Assembly: GCF_006345805.1 (NCBI RefSeq)
Contig: NC_043009.1
Coordinates: 31,186,001-31,250,000 of the forward strand
Length of the DNA stretch: 64,000 bases
Reading direction: 5' to 3'
From: Octopus sinensis
Lineage: Eukaryota
Part shown: in pieces, positions 12,952 to 25,362 of the stretch
Layout of the letters: the number at the start of each line of letters is the position of its first letter
Numbering within the stretch: the first letter of the stretch is position 1
Made by a program: the position numbers and the translations under genes
The notes under the pieces: model-generated
Told to the model about the DNA's origin: nothing
Seen by the model: the letters and a program-made list of their open reading frames with translations, nothing else
The model's database searches: none

Positions 12952-13300
12952 GGTGCAGGCGTGGCTGTGTGATTCCAGGTTCAGTCCCACTGTGTGGCAC
13001 CTTGGGCAAGTATCTTCTACTATAGCCTCAGTCTGACCAAAGCCTTGTGAGTGAATTTGGTAGACAGAAACTGGAAGAAGACCATCATATATATATATAT
13101 ATATATGTATGTTTTTGTCCTCCCCACCCCCAAGCATTGCTTGACAAATGATGCCAGTGTGTTTACATCCCCGTAACTTAGTGATTCAGCAAAGATACTG
13201 ATAGAGTAAGTACTAGGCTTTACAAAGAATAAGTCCTGGGGTTGATTTGCTCAACTAAAGGTGGTGCTCCAGCATGGCCACAGTCAAGACAAATAAAAGA
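12952..13300 (+). mobile_element. SINE family B (tRNA head plus CORE-like ACCTTGGGCAAG), full-length
   Basis: GGTGCAGGCGTGGCTGTGTG..GGTTCAGTCCCACTG.GTGGCACCTTGGGCAAGT.TCTTCTACTATAGCC, an internal (TA/TG)n, and a tail ending GTGCTCCAGCATGGCCACAGTC. Resemblance to the octopus OR-type CORE SINEs is from memory. Confidence 0.85.
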
Positions 13301-13316
13301 ATATATATATATATAT

Positions 13317-15026
13317 GTTGCCCCTGGGAGCTCCTCTATGCTGACGACCTCGCTCTAATTGCTGAGTCACTATCAGAACTGGAGGAGAAGTTCCAGGTGT
13401 GGAAGGAGGGTTTAGAATCGAGGGGCCTTAGAGTCAACCTAGCTAAAACCAAAGTACTAATAAGTAGAAAGGTAAACAATCCACAAATATCCTCAGGAAG
13501 ATGGCCCTGCTCGATCTGTAGAAAAGGTGTAGGTAGAAACTCTATAAGATGTACCCAGTGTAAGCTATGGACACATAAGAGGTGCAGCAATGTCAAAGGT
13601 AGGCTAACTATGAAGATAGTTTTTGTATGTGGCAGATGCTCGGGAGCATTAACCTCTGAAAATCTGCAGAAAACAACTTCTGTTACTTTCCAGGGGGAAA
13701 AACTAGAAGTAGTTGATAGCTTCCGTTATCTAGGTGACCAAGTCAGTAGTGGGGGTGGGTGCGCTGAAAGTGTAACTGCTAGAATAAGAATAGCCTGGGC
13801 AAAGTTTAGGGAGCTCTTACCTCTGCTGGTGACTAAAGGCCTCTCGGTCAGAGTAAAAGGCAGACTGTATGATGCATGTGTATGAACAGCCATGCTACAT
13901 GGCAGTGAAACATGGGCCGTGACTGCTGAGGACATGCGTAAGCTCGTGAGGAATGAAGCCAGTATGCTCCGATGGATGTGTAATGTCAGTGTACTTACTC
14001 GACAGAGCGTTAGTACCTTGAGAGAAATGTTGTACCTAAGAAGCATCAGTTGTGGTGTGCAAGAGAGACGATTGCGCTGGTATGGTCATGTGGTGAGAAT
14101 GGATGAAGATAGGTGTGTGAGAAAGTGCCAATCCCTAGCAGTTGAGGGAACCCATGGAAGAGGTAGACCCAGGAAAACCTGGGATGAGGTGGTGAAGCAC
14201 GACCTTTGAACGTAAGGTCTCACCATGGAAATGACTAGAGACCGAGACCTATGGAAGTATGCTGTGCGTGAGAAGACCCAGCAAGACTAGTGAAGCCATA
14301 ACCCGTGGCCCCTACCTGGGACGTAGTCAGTCCACCTGTGCATACCTTCCTTCTTGTGACACTTGTGAAGACCTGTTGAGGCAAGTGAAATCAAAATCAA
14401 AATCAAAATCAAAATCAAAATCAAATCAAATCAAATCAAACCAAATCAAAATAGATGAACATCAATGGAATTTGTACCCTTGTGGGACATAAGAAAACCA
14501 TCCGAACGTGACCGTAGCCAGTACCGCATCGACTGGCCTCCGTGCTGAGGGCACGTAACAAACACCATCCGAGCGTGGCCGTTCGCCAGCCTCGTCTGGC
14601 ACCTATGTCGGTGGCACATAAGAAAACACCATCCGAGCATGGCCGTCTGCCAGCCTTGTCTGGCACCTGTGTCGGTGGCACATAAAAAACACCATCCGAG
14701 CGTGGCCGTCTGCCGGCCTCGTCTGGCACCTGTGTCGGTGACACATAAAAACACCATCCGAGCGTGGCCGTCTGCCAGCCTCATCTGGCACCTGTGTCAG
14801 TGGCACATAAAATCACCATCCAAGCGTGGCCGTCTGCCAGCCTCGTCTGGCACCTGTGTCGGTGGCACATAAAATCACCCACTACACTCTCGGAGTGGTT
14901 GGCGTTAGGAAGGGCATCCAGCTGTAGAAACACTGCCAGATCTGACTGGCCTGGTGCAGCCTTCGAGCTTGCCAGACCCCAGTTGAACCGTCCAACCCAT
15001 GCTAGCATGGAAAGCGGACGTTAAAC

Positions 15027-15060
<34 letters not shown>
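13317..15060 (+). mobile_element. RTE LINE, 5'-truncated copy 1 (RT C-terminus with PHD-like finger, 3' UTR hairpin array, (ATG)n tail)
   Basis: PWELLYADDL RT motif, FRYLG, LHGSETW, RRLRWYGHV, RGRPRKTW. An in-frame TGA at 13883-13885 splits the ORF. The tail is CGGACGTTAAACG(ATG)n. Confidence 0.95.
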
Positions 15061-15062
<2 letters not shown>

Positions 15063-15163
15063 ATATAAATTTATAAATAAGGATAATATCGATATTTAAA
15101 TATTGATATTATCAAGTGGCCAGCATGGGAATAAATACCATACAAAGGTAATGATTTTTTTGC

Positions 15164-15472
15164 AACTATAACTAAGGGTATCTGAGAGACACCACCGTGC
15201 CAAAATAGCAGTCAAAACTCTGACTCCTCAAACCACCTAAAATGTTTATATCGCACCATGAGAGAAGACAGAGAGACAAAATAAACTAGCAAAAAAATAT
15301 TACTGGATAATTCCCAGGATCTTGAATTATCCAGTAATATCTTTTTGCTAGTTTATTTTGTCTCTCAGTCTTCTCTCATGGTGCGATATGAATGGTTTAG
15401 GTGGTTTGAGGAGTCAGGATTTTGACTGCTATTTCGGCATGGTGGGTGTCTCTCAGATACCCTTATTTATAG

Positions 15473-15474
<2 letters not shown>
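15164..15474. repeat. ~310 bp foldback (inverted repeat, ~150 bp arms, 10 nt loop)
   Basis: AAGGGTATCTGAGAGACACC..TTACTGGATAATTC / CCAGGATCTT / GAATTATCCAGTAA..GGTGTCTCTCAGATACCCTT. Confidence 0.85.
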
Positions 15475-15510
<36 letters not shown>

Positions 15511-16604
15511 TTACACATAGATGCAATTATGGAGAAATATTGAAAACACTACACATATGATATCTACTTCAAATTTCCAAAGATGAGAACCTATGATTTC
15601 TCCATTAGCACTAATAACAATACGGTGCTTCCAAATCTCATCCCTATCTTGGATTGTTCTAAGCTATTATTTGGAAAGACATTCCTCACCAGATAAATCA
15701 ATGTTGATAATATATATTGATTTATCTTCAAACTTTGAGCAGCGATAAACATTCTCATGCATGCATAAACATGTACATTAGCTATGATAATATTACAGAG
15801 GGCTTTATAAAAGTTAATTATATTGATACACGGTCAGCTTTCTGAAATAAATGTTAATACAGCCAACCTTGTCATTCATACTGCAATGTGAGAACGACTT
15901 ATCAACAATATTGATGCGGGAAAATACCTTCTGGGAGTGTTCTACATTCTAAATGTTCTTGAAGTGTGTCATGAGTGTGTTGGACCTTTTGTCAAATGCT
16001 ACATTGGCAGCTGTTGAGTTAATGAATGAAAATGTATTTCGCAGGGTGTATGCGGAAGTAATTAATACTAACAGCAATAATTGCACTTTGGGGAGAGATG
16101 CAAACCCTGCACCCTGTCAAGAGGAGTTACTTATGAGTTATTGTGCAATTGTTTATTGTGTTATGTCCAAGAACCTGGAGATGTCTGCAGAAATGTCCTT
16201 GGCAAGAGTCGAGATGGATTTCGCTCAACCACCTTCAAAACTCTGCCTGGCAAGGGGTGAGATGTGTGAATGAATTGGTTGGTCTCAACACTCTGCGAAA
16301 ACTTGGTGCCAAAAGCAAGTTTATAAAGAGGAAATACTAGAAAACTGAATCATGCAATAGCTTCATGTTGATTGGTTACTTAACAGACCAATCACATGAA
16401 ACTGTTGTGGCTTGTGCATGATATCTGATGCATATCCAGAGATTTGGTTTCGAATCCCCACTGCGAGTATTTAGATTAAATTTTACAATAGGGCACAAAT
16501 GTGTGGTGAAGAATCTTGATTTGCATCTCAGTGCATTTGGTCTCAGTCACTTCAAGCAGGAAGAAGAGGGTTCAAGCCCAGCACTAATGCCTTTCATCTT
16601 TAAT

Positions 16605-16988
16605 TTTCTATTTGTTTCAGTTATTAGACTGTGGCCATGTTGGGGCACTGCCTTGAAAGAGTCCAATCACACCAAGTGACTCCAGTACTTATATTTTTTA
16701 AATCAGGTACTAATTCTGTTTGTCTCTTTTTGCTGAACCTCTAAGTTGCATGGATGCAGACCAAGAAACACTGGTTGTCAAGTGGTCTTGTGTGTGTGTG
16801 TATGTGTGTGTGTGTGTGTGTAAATAGGCGCAGGCATAGCTGTGTGATAAGAAGCTTGCTTCCCAACCACATGGTTCAGAGTTCAGTCCTACAGCATGGC
16901 ACCTTGGGCAAGTGTCTTCTACTATATAGCCACTGGCCAACCAAAGCCTTGTGAGTGGATTTGGTAGACAGAATCTGAAAGCAACCTG

Positions 16989-17059
<71 letters not shown>

Positions 17060-17280
17060 CATAGATATATACATATATATATACAATATATACACACACA
17101 CATGTATATACGTATATATATGAGTGTATGTGTATGCATTTCTATTTCCCAAATCTACTCACAAGGTTGTTGCCTTGCTTGGGGCTAGAAGACACTTACC
17201 CCAGGTGCCTTGCAAAGAGACTGAACGCTGCACCATATATTTAGAAAGCAAGCTTCTTACCACACAGCCAAGCCTGCATC
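16605..17280. mobile_element. cluster of SINE family B halves in both orientations
   Basis: Minus 3' half at ~16605-16790, plus 5' half at ~16825-16990, minus 5' half at ~17140-17280, separated by microsatellites. Confidence 0.65.
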
Positions 17281-17369
17281 TTGTGAATTTGGTGACTGGA
17301 AACTGAAAGAAGCAGTTCCTGTGCAACGATGACATGCAGATTCATGAAGCATTCCATATTTTACTTAGG

Positions 17370-18950
17370 CACAGGCATGGCTTTGTGGTAAGAAGCTTGC
17401 TTCCCCACCACTTGGTTTTGGGCTCAGTACCACTGCACGGCACCTTGGGCAAATGTCTTCTATTATAGCCTTGGACCAACCAAAGCTTTGTGAATGGACT
17501 TCGTAGATGGAACCTGAAAGAAGCCTGTCGTATGTGTGTAGTGTAAGCTATGGATGCATAAGAGGTGCAGCAACATCAAAGGAAAATTAACCAAGAAGAT
17601 AGCTTTCATGTGTGGCAGATGCACATGGGCAATAGACACCACAGATACTCAGAAAACAGATTCCATCACACTCCAGGGGGAAGAAACTAGAATTTGTTGA
17701 TAATTTCCGCTACCTAGGTGACCAAATTAGCAGTGGAGGTGGATGCTCAGAGAGTGTTACCACTAGAAAAAGAATAGCCTGGGCAAAGTTTAGGAAGCTT
17801 CTTCCTCTACTGGCAACAAAGGGTCTCTCACTCAGAGCGAAAGGTAGATTGTACGTCACACGTGTGCAAACTGCCATGCTTCATGGCAGTGAAACATGGG
17901 CCATGACTGCAGAGGACATGCATAAGCTTGAAAGAAATGAAGCTAGCATGATCTGCTGGATGTGTAATATAGGTGTCCATACACAACAGAGTGTAAGCAC
18001 CCTGAGAGTAATGTTGGGCATAAGAAGCATTGGATGCAGTGTGCAGGAGAGACGTTTGCATTGGTATGATCATGTACTATGGATGGATGAGGAGAGATGT
18101 GTGAAGAAGTGCCACTCCCAAACTGTTGAAGGAATCCAGGGTATAGGTAGATCCAGGAAGACATGGGACGAGATGGTCAAGCATGACCTTCGTATGTTGA
18201 GCCTCACAGAAGCTATGATGAAAGACCAAGACCTCTGGAGATATGCTGTGACTTCAAAGACCCAACAAATGAAGTGAGTTCATGGCTTGCAGGATGGCCT
18301 GCTGTGCTTGAGGAGACCTATTGAGTGAAGTATGTTAACACCAACATGAAAATGAAAATCAAATGGAAACTGTAGTTAAGATACCTGTGCCTGTGACACA
18401 TTAGAAGCACAGTCTGAACGTGGAAGATGCCAGCACCATCTGACAGGCGTCCATGTCAGTGACACGTAAAAGCACCTACCAATTATGGCCGTTTGCCAGC
18501 CTCTTCTGGCTCCTGTGCCGGTGGCATGTAAAAAGCACCCACTACACTCACGGAGTGGTTGGCGTTAGTAAGGGCATCCAGCTGTAGAAATACTGCAAGA
18601 TCAGACTGGAGCCTGGTGCAGCCTCCTGGCTTCCCAGACCCCGGTTGAACCGTCCAACCCATGCTAGCATGAAAAACGGACGTTAAACGATGATGATGAT
18701 ATATATATATGTATGTATGTATGTGTGTATCCTTGTTTCATTGTTTGTCCCCATCACTGCTTGATAACTGGTGTTGGTGTGTTTACATCCCTGTAACTTA
18801 GCAGTTCAGCAAATCAGACTGACAGGATAAGTGCCAGGATTAAAAACAAAGTAAGTACTGGGTTAATCCATTTGCCAAAAAAATTCTTCAAGGCAGAGCC
18901 CCAGCATGGCCTCGGTCTAATAACTGAAACAAGTGAAAAGATACAATAAT
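17370..18950 (+). mobile_element. SINE family B split by an RTE insertion (halves at 17370-17539 and ~18700-18950)
   Basis: The 5' half ends in the internal TG repeat at 17539. The 3' half (TGTTTGTCCCC..TAACTTAGCAGTTCAGC..CCCCAGCATGG) resumes after the RTE tail. Confidence 0.75.
17540..18700 (+). mobile_element. RTE LINE, 5'-truncated copy 2 (frameshifted)
   Basis: Starts inside the zinc finger (CKLWMHKRCSNIKGKL); ORF 17849-18277 has LHGSETW..RRLHWYDHV; same 3' tail as copy 1. Confidence 0.92.
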
Positions 18951-18975
18951 GTAAAAAGATCAAAAGAATATATGG

Positions 18976-19008
<33 letters not shown>

Positions 19009-19027
19009 GGTATGTGTGTGTGTGTGT

Positions 19028-19058
<31 letters not shown>

Positions 19059-20189
19059 CATGCCTGGACGATTGTTTGTGACTGTGTATTTTAGTCTCTT
19101 TCTCGTGCAGCTTGCACTGATTATAAACAAATGTCACAAGAAATTTATGCATTTCATATTCCTCATTATAAATTCTAATAGTTGTTTTCCAAACAGCCTC
19201 CTTTAACCTTCATTCAGCTTCACTTTCGTACAAAAATAATGACTTTTCAGTTAGAATATTTTAAAGAATGAATTGTATACAAAATTAGAACCACGTCAAC
19301 CAAATGACGACATTTTGCTTCATAGGAAATTATGCTAAGATCTACTACTGTCTATGAAAAAAACGCAAATGAAAGAAAAATCTGCATATATTAATTGTCT
19401 ATTAAATGACAATAATATACCACTTAGGTTTATATTTGTTTTCAAAATGTCCACAATATTTCATTGAATAAATCCTGCTTCAGCAAAATGGAAACATGGC
19501 AATTTTTTAAAGAGATTCAAAACTAAATGTTTGGATTTTGTCAGAAGTTGGTAATGGGAAGATAAAGAATAATTTGCTAGGAATTCTAAAGAAATGACCC
19601 AATGATATAATAATTCATTGCCATTTAAGATCCTGCTTTCTCTTTTTATCCACAATTTTACTGTAACAGAGAAAATTTATGGCTATTCTTTAATTACTTT
19701 GGAATTTTAACTAACGATTTAGAATTTTAATGTAGCTATCAGCAGTGTAGAGTGAATAAATTACAATATGATAGCAGGAGGTAGTTTCAAGACTGAAAAT
19801 ATAATGTGAGTTTCTAAAACTGTTAATCCTGGCAGTTTCCACCACCACTAAAAACTAAGAAAATTAAATAAATAAAAATATAAATTAAATAAATAACTAT
19901 TAAAAAAAATTCATTTATTTGTAGATCCACTTTTCCATACTACCATGGGTTGTATGCAAATATTGTTACGGTATTTTTTACAGCCTGATGCCCTGCCTGT
20001 CATTAACCTTTAACTGTTTCTCAACTAAAACATACCTTATTCTACACATCATTCCAAATGTGAATCGAGTGCACAAATTTTTGACAGAAGAAACAATAAC
20101 AACAATAACATTCACAGGTCATCACATTTGAAGGCTGCAAATACAAGCAAACATTCAAACCTACGCATATGAATTCATATATATAAATA

Positions 20190-20256
20190 TGTGTGTGTGT
20201 GTGTATCTATCTATTTATCTATCTGTCTATCTATCTATCTGACTGCCTATTCTGCA

Positions 20257-20327
<71 letters not shown>

Positions 20328-20527
20328 GTCTATCTCTCTGTCTATCTCTCTGCCTGTTTATCTGTCTATCTATCTGCCTGTCTCTCTGTCTGTCTACCTC
20401 TCTAACTATCTATCTGTCTATCTATCTGTCTGTCTGTCTGCCTATCTATTTATCTATCTGTCTGTCTGTCTGACTATCTATCTATCTGTCTGTCTATTTA
20501 TCTATTTATCCATCCATCCATCCTTCC

Positions 20528-20610
<83 letters not shown>
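20190..20610. repeat. (TATC/TGTC)n plus (TA)n microsatellite
   Basis: Directly visible. Confidence 0.95.
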
Positions 20611-20611
<1 letters not shown>

Positions 20612-20839
20612 AGAATTTACAAAAAAAAAAGAAACAAAAGATGGGTGTGTAAACAACAAACAGATGTATTAGTTTAACGCTCAACAGAAAGGAACACAGA
20701 AATAAACAGGGAGAGAAACTAGAAAAGGTTTAGTGGCTAGCAATCTATCATGGTGACAATAGGAAAACACAGAAAGTACAAAAACGTTTTGAAAAGTTTA
20801 AAAGGTTCAAACGTTATGGTATATTGGAGCAATTTCTCA

Positions 20840-21415
20840 TCAAAGTAAGAGTCCAGTGTAATCCATAGGTAGTAGAGATGCAGCCAAATTATAGGAGTCC
20901 TACATCTAGAGTATTTGAGCAGTCCTAAGCAGTGCTGTTTTCTGCAAGTGCTCCACCCTTATTAAAGCCCCTATTTGTTTCATGTACTTCTCAAGATTTT
21001 TACTCACTGTTCCCAGGGCTCCAACAGTTATTGGTACTACTACCACCTTTTTCAGTGACCACAACTGCTTAATCATCATTATTATTATTGCCTTTGCACA
21101 GCTTCTAACATTGAAGATGTACTACGAGTGAACTAAGGTAACACCTCTTATTTTTCGAGCACCTTCCAGTGTATCTGAGCAGTTCCAAGCAGATTGCAGC
21201 CCCTATTTGTTCTATGTACTTCTTGAAATTTTTACTCACTGTTACCAGGGCTCCAACAATTATTGGTACTACTACCACCTTTTTCATCGACCACCACTGC
21301 TTAACCTCCTAAGCTAACCTGTCGTATCTATCGACTTTTCTTTCTTCCTTTTCGCATACCTTGTTGTCAGCTGGGCATGCAATATCTATGATCCAGCATA
21401 GTTTGTTTTCTTTCT
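20840..21415 (-). mobile_element. two tandem 3' fragments of an R4/Dong-like (restriction-like endonuclease) non-LTR retrotransposon
   Basis: The minus strand encodes WIIDIACPADNKVCEKEE..KVDRYD..WSMKKVVVVPIIVGALVTVSK, then again WSLKKVVVVPITVGALGTVSKNLEKYMKQIG..EHLQKTALLRTAQIL. This is the C-terminal RLE domain. The fragments abut (TAA)n runs. Confidence 0.8.
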
Positions 21416-21416
21416 C

Positions 21417-21417
21417 A

Positions 21418-21477
<60 letters not shown>

Positions 21478-21500
21478 TATTACTATTATTACTATTATTA

Positions 21501-21544
<44 letters not shown>

Positions 21545-21590
21545 GTAGTAGTAGTAGTAGTAGTATTATTCATCATTATTATTATTATTT
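21417..21590. repeat. (TTA/TAG)n trinucleotide microsatellite
   Basis: Directly visible. Confidence 0.95.
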
Positions 21591-22179
21591 CTACTATATC
21601 CATAACTCTTATTTGCATCTTCAGCTTGACACAATAAAACAACACATTTTACAAATAGGAGAACCACTTTAAATCATGGAATTCAATGCCAGGATTCTTT
21701 ACTTGATAATGTTGTAATTGCCATTCACAGAATGAATGAAGAATAAGCAAGGCTTGTCTACTATAAAAATTCTTATCAATAGTTAAATTTACAAGTTTTA
21801 TGCAACATTTTACTGATACCAAATAGTTTTCGAAAATCATTATTACAATCTTAGTCAGGGCTTTTGAGAAAACGCGATAAATATTTACAATTTGCATAAT
21901 GGGAAAATAGTTTTGGTAAGCCATATGGAAGCAAATAATAATAGTGTGGTTTGCTTTGATATTTTACATACATGGCGAACTCTTGTAAAAGCATTGTGGA
22001 ATAGTATAGAAATTGCAAATAATATTGTGCAAATGAGAAAAGAACAAGATGAAATGTGCTTATTAATGTTTCGTTTGCAGTTTACAGCAGAGATAAGCAT
22101 TTTTTTTTTCCAATTTTTAATAATTTTTAATATCTTGACAAACAATGCAAACATTTGTACAATCAAGTATAATGTGATA

Positions 22180-22280
22180 TATTGTATGTGTTTGTGTGTG
22201 TGTGTGTGTGTGCACATGCCTGCTTGTGTACATGTTTGTAAGGATGTGTGTGTATATGGGACTCGTTTTCTTTCTCTTTA

Positions 22281-22368
<88 letters not shown>

Positions 22369-22780
22369 TTATATATATATATAATATATAATACATACAT
22401 GTGTATTTACATATATATGTATATATATATATATGTATATATGTGTGTGTGTGTAAATATATATATATATATATATATGGGTATGTGTATATATATATTG
22501 GTATGTATATATATATATATGGTATGTATATATATAAAAACACACACACACACACACATATATATATACATACATATATATCATGTATATACACTTACAT
22601 ATATATGTATATCCATACACATGTTCAATTATGTATACACAACATATATATATATGGTGTATGATATATTGCTCTATAATAGTGAGTGATATTTGTATGT
22701 ATACAAACACACACATACATGCATATGCACCTGCAAACACACACGTGCATGTGTGTGAATGTGTTTGTATGTATTAAGAT
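22180..22780. repeat. compound (TG/TC/TA)n microsatellite block
   Basis: Directly visible. Confidence 0.9.
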
Positions 22781-23299
22781 GAAATCCATTTATCTAGAAA
22801 TATCAAAGACTATTAACTGTTATCATGCTGCTAAAGCAATTGTACGATTGAATATATTGAAATGACTTCATGAAATAACACACACACATACGCACACACA
22901 CACACATACACACACATACATACACATGCACACAACTGCAACTGCACACACGGCCGTAAAAGAAAGTACATCGACGCATCTTATCACTAAGTAACAATTA
23001 TGACAAACCATATCTGAGTGTTAGCAAAGAGTCTAACAAACAATTACAGTGTGTAAATATATATATGTGTGTGTACATCTTGCTGACTAATCAAGCATGC
23101 ACTGAAACAGACTCACGAGGAAAGTAGTCACTTGGAAAACATTATATCGGTTAAATTGAAATGTATATTCATTATACATACATACATTTTTTTTCATACT
23201 GTGTCTCAAAACAGACATGCATACATATGAGTGTATGTTTATTTATATGGGTGTGTGTGTGTGTGTGTGTGTGTGCATGTATGTACATATCTATCTATC

Positions 23300-23334
<35 letters not shown>

Positions 23335-23361
23335 GTATGTATATATATATATGTATATATG

Positions 23362-23396
<35 letters not shown>

Positions 23397-23397
23397 G

Positions 23398-23452
<55 letters not shown>

Positions 23453-23480
23453 ATATATGTATATATATGTATGTATATAT

Positions 23481-24350
23481 ATCATCATCATCATCATCAT
23501 CATCATCATCGTCGTCGTCATCGTCATCATTTAATGACTGTTCTCCATGCCAACATTTGGCAGGTGCTGGCAAGGTCAGGAGCCAAACCAGGTTCCATTT
23601 TCTGTTCTGGTACGGTTTCTACAGCCCTTCCTAATGCTAACCCCTCCATTGTCTATTGGGCGCCTTTTATGTGGCACCAGTATTAATTCTACTGAGGTAG
23701 ATGTGTCTTCTTGAGCACAGTACTGCACTAAATATCTTGGTCCTTCATAAGGCTCAGTATCTTGAGATCAGCCTTCAGTACTTTGTCCCATATCCTCCTG
23801 GGTCCTCACTTTTCAACAATTGCTATCCACTTTATGTGATTGGCACTTCTGTTTGGTCATGTATTATGCATAACACATGACCAAACCAATGCAGTCTTCT
23901 CTCTGTGTACACTGCATCTGATTCCTTTTCCCTTAATACGTCATTGCTCTGTCGCACATGCAAACTGGCATTGCACATCCAGCAGAGCATAGTAGTTTCA
24001 TTCCTCTCTAGCCTTCACATATCTTCTGCATTCAGGGCCCATTTCTCACTACCATGTAGCATTGCTGTTCGTATACATGCATCATACAGTCTTCCCTTCA
24101 CTTGGAGAGAGAGAGAAAAAGAGAGAGACTTTTGGTTGCCAAGCTCTTTGAATTTTCTCTATCCTATCCTTATTCTAGCGATTACACTTTGTGTGCATCC
24201 TCCCACACAGCTAATTAGGTCCCTTGGGTTGCAGATACTGTCCCACTACCACTAAGGAGACTTCAGGGCATTTGAGAAAATTGATTCCCTGGGTATCTGT
24301 AGGTTTTCGCTCTTGTGCTTCTTCCACAAGCAAACACTACTGTCTCTGAC
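23481..24350 (-). mobile_element. RTE LINE, old diverged copy 4
   Basis: Reverse complement shows decayed matches to ARIRIG*RKFKELG, LYDACIRTAMLHGSE(K)WA and RLHWFGHV, with the RTE-type tail and (ATG)n at 23481-23700. Confidence 0.75.
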
Positions 24351-25141
24351 AACCCTCTTATTATTCCACTACACTTTTTGTGTGTTAATAACTTGTAATG
24401 AGTATAATTATTCATTGGTTTATGTGTTTGTTTGTTTATTTATTTATACAAATGGTTGAGAATTTAAGAATTTCACTAAGCAACCACAAAGCTTCATGAT
24501 CAGTTCCACTTTATTGCACTGTTGATGTCAGTGCACCAGGGTGGATGGATGAGCCATTGTGCCAACTGATTACACCAAAAGTCTATGGGGTTGGTGCACC
24601 TGTCGATTCCAGCCTGTCTAGCTAAGCAGTAGTTGACAAAAGCAAGCAACAAATCTGTATGCCTATGTTCAAGTCACAGAGACACCGTGAATATATCAAC
24701 AGGAGATATTAGCTGAACGCTAATCCACTCTTAATCATTAAACATTTTAATAATAATAATATCAGTACATTATTTACAGTGGATGGATAGGTGTTGTTAT
24801 CTTGTTTGTTGTTACCACAACGTTTTAAATGATGTACTCTCCAGCCTTCATCAGGTGTTCTGGTGGAATTTCAAACCCAACCCTTTATTTGACTAATGGG
24901 GTATAGCCAATCTTATATGGCAAAATGGAGACCACCTCCAGCTGTGGAATGAAGTTAAACTAATCGACAGAGAACACCACCGAAAAATATGAAAATTAAA
25001 AGAGGTTCTGCATACACTAGGACACAATAACCTCCTAAGCAGGTCTAGTGCAGATATGAATATAATATGGGAGGAAATCAGTATTAAGAAGAGGTAAAAT
25101 ACTAGGTTTATAAGCTCTAAAATTCACTCTATAATGCCCGT

Positions 25142-25210
25142 GGGCATGTAGAGTAGTGGATAAGAGTGTGGGCTACTAACCCTCAGATCCTAAGTTCAAT
25201 CGCAAACAGA
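25142..25210 (+). other. tRNA-like (Pol III A/B-box) segment inside the Penelope terminal repeat; not a functional tRNA
   Basis: GGGCATGTAGAGTAGTGGATAAGAGTGTGGGCTACTAACCCTCAGATCCTAAGTTCAATC, homologous to 50920-50985. Confidence 0.6.
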
Positions 25211-25317
25211 GACTTGAAAAATAATATCAACAGAAAAATAACAGCAGTAACATACCTTAGGAATGAGAAAAGTGTACCCTGTTAGTCAAATAAAGGGTTG
25301 GGTTCGAAATTACACCA

Positions 25318-25362
25318 GAACACCTGATGAAGGCTGAAGAGTACACCAGCCGAAACGTGATT
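25318..25362 (+). ncRNA. minimal type I hammerhead ribozyme motif (cleavage site mutated)
   Basis: GAACAC-CUGAUGA-A-GGCUG(10 nt)CAGCC-GAAACGU: core and stem II intact; position 17 reads G. The inverted partner at ~24815-24862 keeps GAAACGUU/GUG-type cleavage context but has a decayed stem II. Confidence 0.65.

Noticed and set aside
14490-14880. CRISPR-like appearance of the regular ~60 bp repeats
   Set aside because: The context is eukaryotic, there are no unique 25-45 nt spacers and no cas genes; it is an RTE 3' UTR tandem.
15953-16340. 106 aa non-repetitive ORF (MFLKCVMSV..)
   Set aside because: No recognisable motif or splice context, and a length compatible with chance.
25142-25210. Functional tRNA gene (also 50920-50985 and the SINE heads)
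   Set aside because: No complete cloverleaf or acceptor stem, degenerate boxes, and no oligo-T terminator; these are tRNA-derived segments of repeats.
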